Assembly (NCBI GenBank): GCA_041640655.1
Contig: JBEPZV010000068.1
Span: 1 to 11,555 of the forward strand
From: a bacterium
GTDB taxonomy: Bacteria > Acidobacteriota > Blastocatellia > HR10
Length of the DNA stretch: 11,555 nucleotides
Direction of reading: 5' to 3'
The notes beneath the pieces were generated by a model. That model ran no database searches and was not told where the DNA came from. It worked only from the letters and a program-made list of their open reading frames with translations. Of this stretch, positions 6,421 through 11,555 are shown in pieces. A program made the position numbers and the translations under genes. The first letter of the stretch is position 1. Each line of letters begins with the position of its first letter.

Positions 6421-8157
6421 ATGCTCGGCGAACTCTTTCGGCGTAAGACTGTAGACGCGATCCTCATCGAGAGCGAGAAGCCCGAATATCGGCTCAAGCG
6501 GGCGCTCACGGCCTGGGACCTGACGGCACTGGGCATCGGAGCCATCATCGGCGCGGGGATCTTCGCTCTGACGGGTACAGCGGCTGCGGGCACCGTGGAT
6601 CCGACGACCGGAGAAGTCCTGCGCCCCGGAGCCGGCCCCGGGCTGATTCTCTCGTTCGTGCTGACGGCGATCGCCTGTGGCTTCTGCGCCCTCTGCTACG
6701 CGGAATTCGCATCGCTGATCCCCATCTCCGGCAGTGCGTACACCTACGCGTATGCGACGCTCGGCGAACTGATCGCGTGGATCATCGGATGGGACCTGAT
6801 CCTCGAATACGCGGTCGGCAATATCGCCGTGGCCGTGAGCTGGTCGGGTTATTTCATCGAACTCCTGCGCGGACTCGGTCTGGAGATCCCGCCCGAATGG
6901 CGATGGCTCACGGTGAGCTACAACGTCGGCGTTCACACGCCGGAGATCCTCGCCCATGCGCCCCGCGTGTTCGGCCTCCCGATCATCATCAACCTCCCGG
7001 CCTTCGGCATCGTGGCCGTGCTCACCATCTTGCTCGTCATCGGCGTCAAAGAGAGCGCGCGCTTCAACGCGCTGATGGTCATCGTGAAGCTGCTCGTGCT
7101 GTTCTTCTTCATCGCGATCGGATTCCTCTACGTGAAGCCGGAGAACTGGCAGCCCTTCGCGCCCAATGGGTGGAAGGGCATTATGACGGGCGCGGCGCTC
7201 GTCTTCTTCGCCTACATCGGCTTCGACGCCATCTCCACGACGGCCGAGGAGACGCGCAACCCTCAACGCGATCTCCCCTTGGGGATGATCGGCTCGCTCG
7301 TCATCTGCACCATCCTCTACGTGGTCACGGCCGCCGTGCTCACGGGACTGGTCCACTATTCGGAGCTGAACGTCCCGGAGCCGCTGGCGCTCGCCCTGCG
7401 CCTCCTCGATTTGAATTGGGCGGTGGGGATCGTCGCCTTCGGCGCCGTGGTGGCGACGACGTCGGTGTTGCTCGTCTTCCAGATGGGGCAGCCGCGCATC
7501 TTCTTCTCCATGGCGCGCGATGGGTTGCTGCCAGCGCGATTCGCCGAAGTGCATCCGCGCTTCAAGACGCCGCATGTGACGACGATCCTGACGGGCGTCG
7601 CCGTCGCCGTCTCCGCCGCCTTCGTGGACATCGGCGAGGCCGCGGAGCTGACCAACATCGGCACGCTCTTCGCCTTCATCCTCGTGTGCGCGGGTGTGAT
7701 CGTCCTGCGCCACACGGACCCACAGCGGCCGCGTCCGTTCCGCACGCCGTTGGTCCCTGTCGTCCCCCTCCTCGGCATCGCCAGTTGCTTCTACCTCATG
7801 CTCAGCCTGCCACGACTCACCTGGATCCGCTTCGGCGTGTGGCTGGCCCTGGGGCTCCTCATCTACGTCTTCTACGGCGTCACCCACAGCCGATGGATTC
7901 GCGAGCAGACGCCGCGGCGTCCCCTTCAGATCGCGGGCTTGGGCGCCGCCCTCATGATCCTGGCTCTCGTGAGCCTCGCCGCAAGTCATCACTACCAGGA
8001 GCTGATGGCAAAGGTCTCGTCCGACCACTCGAGCACGCTGCTCGCTTACGCCGAACATATGTACCGCCTGACGCGCCTGGGGACCTTCGGGGGATTGAGC
8101 CTCGGGGCCCTGCTTCTGGCCTTCGGTCTCTGGAGCGGACGACGACGGCGAACGTGA
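6421..8157 (+). CDS. APC-superfamily amino acid permease (cationic amino acid transporter-like), 578 aa
   Basis: GIGAIIGAGIF, AGPGLILSF, LCYAEFAS-xx-PISGSAYTY, IGWDLILEY, FFAYIGFDAIST-x-AEE-xx-NPQRD, QPRIFFSMARDGLLP, NIGTLFAF and RPFRTP; many hydrophobic helices; GAGG just upstream. Confidence 0.93.
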   Translation: MLGELFRRKTVDAILIESEKPEYRLKRALTAWDLTALGIGAIIGAGIFALTGTAAAGTVDPTTGEVLRPGAGPGLILSFVLTAIACGFCALCYAEFASLIPISGSAYTYAYATLGELIAWIIGWDLILEYAVGNIAVAVSWSGYFIELLRGLGLEIPPEWRWLTVSYNVGVHTPEILAHAPRVFGLPIIINLPAFGIVAVLTILLVIGVKESARFNALMVIVKLLVLFFFIAIGFLYVKPENWQPFAPNGWKGIMTGAALVFFAYIGFDAISTTAEETRNPQRDLPLGMIGSLVICTILYVVTAAVLTGLVHYSELNVPEPLALALRLLDLNWAVGIVAFGAVVATTSVLLVFQMGQPRIFFSMARDGLLPARFAEVHPRFKTPHVTTILTGVAVAVSAAFVDIGEAAELTNIGTLFAFILVCAGVIVLRHTDPQRPRPFRTPLVPVVPLLGIASCFYLMLSLPRLTWIRFGVWLALGLLIYVFYGVTHSRWIREQTPRRPLQIAGLGAALMILALVSLAASHHYQELMAKVSSDHSSTLLAYAEHMYRLTRLGTFGGLSLGALLLAFGLWSGRRRRT

Positions 8158-8168
8158 TCTCGCCGTCC

Positions 8169-8879
8169 TCATCCGCTCTTCTGCGGATAGGGACAGAGGG
8201 CGTTGAGGACGCACTGTCCGCACAGCGGTCGGCGCGCCCGACACGTCTGGCGACCGTGAGCGATCAACCGATGGCTGAACGCGATCCACTCCTCCTGTGG
8301 GATGAGCGCCATGAGGTCGCGCTCGACCTTGTCCCGATCTGTGTGCCGTGTCAGGCCGAGGCGTTGGGCGACGCGCAAGACGTGCGTATCCACGACGATG
8401 CCCGAGGCGATCCCGAACGCATTCTGCAACACGACATTGGCCGTCTTCCGCGCCACGCCGGGGAGCGTCAGCAGCGCCTCCATCGTCGTGGGCACAGCAC
8501 CGCCGAAATCGGTCGCGATCTTGCGACACGCGGCTTTGATCGCCCGCGCTTTGTTCCGGTAGTAGCCTGTCGGCCGGATCAGGCGCTCCAGCTCACGCAA
8601 GGGCGCCGAAGCATAATCCTCCGCCGTGCGGTACTTCCGAAACAACTCCGCCGTGACCTGATTCACTCGCTCATCGGTGCACTGCGCTGAGAGGATCGTC
8701 GCCACCAGAAGCTCCAGGGGATTACTGAAATTCAGCGCCGTTCGAGCCACGGGGTATGCCTCTCGAAGCCGCGCCAGGATCTCCCGAACGCGCGCTTGCT
8801 CCTCGGGCGAAGGCGCGCGCGCCTCCGCGAGCGTCGCTTCCGCCGACCGTCTTCCCCTCGGACGATGCGCGTCCCTCAT
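8169..8879 (-). CDS. nth: Endonuclease III (DNA glycosylase/AP lyase), ~236 aa
   Basis: LLVATILSAQCTDERVN, HhH motif LPGVARKTANVV, VVDTHV and the [4Fe-4S] motif C-x6-C-x2-C-x5-C (CRARRPLCGQCVLNALC). The ATG at 8879 overlaps the upstream stop (ATGA) and has GGAGG upstream. Confidence 0.96.
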   Translation of the reverse strand: MRDAHRPRGRRSAEATLAEARAPSPEEQARVREILARLREAYPVARTALNFSNPLELLVATILSAQCTDERVNQVTAELFRKYRTAEDYASAPLRELERLIRPTGYYRNKARAIKAACRKIATDFGGAVPTTMEALLTLPGVARKTANVVLQNAFGIASGIVVDTHVLRVAQRLGLTRHTDRDKVERDLMALIPQEEWIAFSHRLIAHGRQTCRARRPLCGQCVLNALCPYPQKSG

Positions 8880-9529
8880 CCTCCCTCCCCTCGACTCTCC
8901 GCGTGCACGGCGTCGAAGAACATCGCCTCGTATTCCAAGGCGAGCCGAGCCGTGCGACGAATCGCCTCCCATGCCCCCTCCGCCGCGTATTTTCGGATCA
9001 GCGTCACCTCGCGCGCCGGATCAAGCGGCGGGAGCGCGAAGCACTGAACCTCGGACTCCGTGAACCCATAGTGCGCGCGAAAGCCGGCATGCAGCGCGCG
9101 ACAGACCTCGCTCCAGACCTCCTCGATGAACAAGAACGCCGCCAGATTCTCGGCCGGCGTGCCGCTGACGGCCACGTGAACGAGGAAATTCGGCGCGGCG
9201 AGCACCCCCGGCAAGGGCTCAGCACGCATGGCCACCTCCGGCTCCAGGCCGAGCGCTCGCAAGAAGTGCTGATACTGCGCCAGGTAGCCCACCTCGCGAT
9301 GCGCCATCTCGATGAAGAACGCCTTCCCCTCGCGATCCGGCATCTGCAGCACGCTGAGCGCGAAGTAGTCGTAAATGTGGAGCGTGTAGTGATATTCCTG
9401 CTCGGCCAGAATCCTCAACCGCTCTCGGGGAAGCCGCCCCTCCGCGATCTCCCGCACAAGCGGATGATGCGCGATGCGCTCGAAGAGCGGTTCCACGGCC
9501 CGCCGCAGATCCTCAAGCTCATCCCGCAT
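8876..9529 (-). CDS. TenA/THI-4/PqqC family (heme-oxygenase-like fold) protein, non-Cys variant, ~217 aa
   Basis: N-terminal HHPLVREIAEGRLPRERL...QEYHY and C-terminal ALEYEAMFFD resemble the TenA patterns HPF...G-x-L...QDY-x-Y and E-xx-FWD. The ATG at 9529 is preferred because the alternative TTG at 9568 is part of the TTGACA -35 box. Confidence 0.78.
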   Translation of the reverse strand: MRDELEDLRRAVEPLFERIAHHPLVREIAEGRLPRERLRILAEQEYHYTLHIYDYFALSVLQMPDREGKAFFIEMAHREVGYLAQYQHFLRALGLEPEVAMRAEPLPGVLAAPNFLVHVAVSGTPAENLAAFLFIEEVWSEVCRALHAGFRAHYGFTESEVQCFALPPLDPAREVTLIRKYAAEGAWEAIRRTARLALEYEAMFFDAVHAESRGEGG

Positions 9530-9538
9530 AGCGGCATT

Positions 9539-9568
9539 AAAGTAGTTGCGCCCCCGATTTTGTGTCAA
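9539..9568 (-). promoter_or_regulatory. Putative sigma70-type promoter of the TenA-like/nth operon
   Basis: Minus strand TTGACA (9568-9563), 18 nt spacer, TACTTT (9544-9539), 9 nt before the ATG. Confidence 0.62.
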
Positions 9569-9578
9569 GATGCCCCTG

Positions 9579-9587
9579 TGCTATAAT
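9579..9587 (+). promoter_or_regulatory. Putative extended -10 promoter for the zinc-ribbon gene (and possibly deoB)
   Basis: TGcTATAAT is a perfect TGn-TATAAT in the intergenic region of a high-GC sequence. Confidence 0.7.
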
Positions 9588-9710
9588 GATCGGTGATCTT
9601 ATGGAAGGGGAGACGGTCAATCAAGGCGAGTCGAGAACACAGCCCAACGTCACTCCTCACCCATCCCCTTTCCGCGTGTCACGGCGAGACTCTCCCGGGA
9701 GGACGTGGCG

Positions 9711-10445
9711 GTGAATCCAGAGTTAGCGAAATTGATCGCCTTACAAGAACTGGACTTGAAGATTCGGGCCCTGGAAGAAGAGATCGCCATCGTACCGACG
9801 AAGAGGGCTGAGCTGGAGCGACAGTTTGAGGAGTTCGCGGCCGCGTACCTGGAGAAGAAGTCGCGCCTGGAAGACTCCAGGCGTCAACATCGGCAATTGG
9901 AGATGGACCTGCAGGACGCGCAGCTGCGCTTGGAGAAATATAAGAACGACCTCATGCGCGTGCGGAATCAGACGGAATACGCGGCGGCGTTGCGCGAGAT
10001 TGACATGGCCAAGAAGCTCATCAGCGCGCTGGAGACGCAGATTCTGGAGCTGCTGGAGACGATCGAGACGCTCGAACGAGAGGTTCGGGAACAGACGCCG
10101 GAGATCGAAGCCAAGCGCCAGCATGTGGACGCGTTGCTGGCCGAATACGCGACGGCCGTCGAGCGACTGACCGAGGAGTTGCATCGCATGCGAGAAGAAC
10201 GGGAGCGCCTGGCCAGGACGATTCGCCCGGATTTGCTCCAGCGGTACCTGCGCCTGGTTGAATTGCGCGATGGGATCGCCCTGGCGGAAGTGCGCGATGG
10301 CTCCTGCACGGCATGCTATATGACTGTTCGCCCACAGGTCTACGCCGACGTGCGCAAAGGCGAAGAGATCCTGACGTGCGATCATTGCAGTCGCATTCTC
10401 TACTACCGCGGGGCATCGGTCGAAGGCTCAGAATCAGCGGCCTGA
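9711..10445 (+). CDS. Coiled-coil protein with C-terminal C4-type zinc ribbon (DUF164 / HP0958-CT398-like), ~244 aa
   Basis: L-xx-LQELD N-terminus, long heptad E/L/R-rich helix, EY-x-A-xx-REID, and CTAC...CDHCSRILY. The GTG at 9711 lies 8 nt after GGAGG (9698-9702); the GTG at 9705 is only 2 nt away from it. Confidence 0.9.
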   Translation: MNPELAKLIALQELDLKIRALEEEIAIVPTKRAELERQFEEFAAAYLEKKSRLEDSRRQHRQLEMDLQDAQLRLEKYKNDLMRVRNQTEYAAALREIDMAKKLISALETQILELLETIETLEREVREQTPEIEAKRQHVDALLAEYATAVERLTEELHRMREERERLARTIRPDLLQRYLRLVELRDGIALAEVRDGSCTACYMTVRPQVYADVRKGEEILTCDHCSRILYYRGASVEGSESAA

Positions 10446-10596
10446 GTGGCGAGGGGTCATCCGATGGGCTCGAATTCGCAAGAAGCCGAGGGGGACGCTC
10501 GGTGAGCGAGCTGCTCCGCCGAAGGAACTGTCAAATATCCGAGGCGCACCTGAGAAGATCCCGGGGTGCGGGAGGAGTGATGAGGGAGGGCCACTG

Positions 10597-11555
10597 ATGC
10601 CATCCGGTACGATCTTTCGCCGCGTCATTCTCATAGTGCTGGATAGCGTCGGGATCGGCGAGATGCCCGATGCGGATCGGTATGGGGACCAAGGCAGCGA
10701 TACGCTCGGACATCTCTTCGCCCATCGCCCGCTTCATGTCCCCAACTTGCGCCGCTACGGGATCGCGAATATCAAGCCCGTCGCCCTGCCGCCGGTGGCT
10801 GCTCCCGAGGGGGCGTTCGGACGCGCAGCTATCGCCTCGGCGGGCAAAGATACGACGACCGGCCATTGGGAGATCGCCGGGATCATCACAGAGACGCCCT
10901 TCCCCACGTATCCGAACGGGTTCCCCCCCGACATCATCGAAGCCTTTGAGCGAGCGATCGGACGGCGCGTGCTCGGCAACAAGCCCGCTTCGGGGACGGA
11001 GATCATCCAGGAGCTCGGCGAAGAGCATCTGCGGACGGGATGCCCGATCGTCTACACGTCAGCCGACAGCGTCTTTCAAATCGCGGCCCATGAGGAGGTC
11101 ATCCCCCGCGAAGAGCTGTACCGAATGTGCGAGATCGCGCGACGTCTGCTCGATGGGCCGCACCGCGTCGGGCGCGTCATCGCGCGACCGTTCGTCGGCA
11201 CACCGGGGAATTTCCGACGCACGGAGGGGCGGCGGGATTACGCCGTTGATCCCCCCTCACCCACGTTGCTCGATCTCCTGAAGGCGTCCGGATGGGAGAC
11301 GGTCGCCGTCGGGAAGACAGGTTCCATCTTCAATCACCGCGGGTTCACCCGCGAGATCCCGGCGGGGAATAATATGGCCTCGATCGAAGGCACGCTTCAC
11401 GCGATGCGTGAGACCGAGACCGGTGTGATCTTCGTCAACCTCGTGGACTTCGACACGCTCTACGGTCACCGCAACGATGTCGAAGGCTATGCGCGCGCTC
11501 TCGAAGCCTTCGATGCGCGCTTGCCGGAGATCGAAGCGCGACTGCGCCCGGACGA
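10597..11555 (+). CDS. deoB: Phosphopentomutase, 3'-truncated by the window edge
   Basis: Not in the ORF track; translated by hand: [39 protein letters not shown]...[15 protein letters not shown]...[11 protein letters not shown]...[16 protein letters not shown]...[10 protein letters not shown]...[23 protein letters not shown] at 10585-10589. Confidence 0.96.
   Translation, partial: MPSGTIFRRVILIVLDSVGIGEMPDADRYGDQGSDTLGHLFAHRPLHVPNLRRYGIANIKPVALPPVAAPEGAFGRAAIASAGKDTTTGHWEIAGIITETPFPTYPNGFPPDIIEAFERAIGRRVLGNKPASGTEIIQELGEEHLRTGCPIVYTSADSVFQIAAHEEVIPREELYRMCEIARRLLDGPHRVGRVIARPFVGTPGNFRRTEGRRDYAVDPPSPTLLDLLKASGWETVAVGKTGSIFNHRGFTREIPAGNNMASIEGTLHAMRETETGVIFVNLVDFDTLYGHRNDVEGYARALEAFDARLPEIEARLRPD

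Noticed and set aside
6229..8690. Very long overlapping ORFs (766 aa on the minus strand, 637 aa on the plus strand) over the permease
   Set aside because: They are Arg/Pro/Gly/Ala-rich shadow frames caused by high-GC codon bias in the real gene; no motifs.
10529..10534. Minus-strand TTGACA as an antisense promoter into the zinc-ribbon gene
   Set aside because: No -10-like hexamer 16-19 nt downstream.
1..11555. Mobile elements, CRISPR arrays, tRNA, rRNA, tmRNA or RNase P RNA
   Set aside because: No transposase or integrase, regularly spaced repeats or hallmark RNA motifs were seen, and composition looks uniform by eye.

Overview
GC-rich bacterial chromosomal window from a diderm (it encodes LpxC), with no mobile element, CRISPR array or tRNA/rRNA that I can recognise. 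On the minus strand at the left is a translationally coupled senA-senB-egtD operon. It matches selenoneine (the selenium analogue of ergothioneine) biosynthesis and has its own sigma70-like promoter. egtD runs off the window edge and is missing from the ORF track. Diverging from this operon is lpxC, preceded by a close match to a sigma54 -24/-12 promoter and a repeat-rich ~430 bp intergenic region. Next come a GAF-PAS-HisKA-HATPase-REC hybrid kinase with an atypical H-box (HNFNN), an APC amino-acid permease with two extra C-terminal helices, a coupled TenA-like gene plus nth, a coiled-coil/C4 zinc-ribbon protein and deoB (truncated at the right edge, also missing from the ORF track). All calls come from motif recognition by eye; no database search was run.
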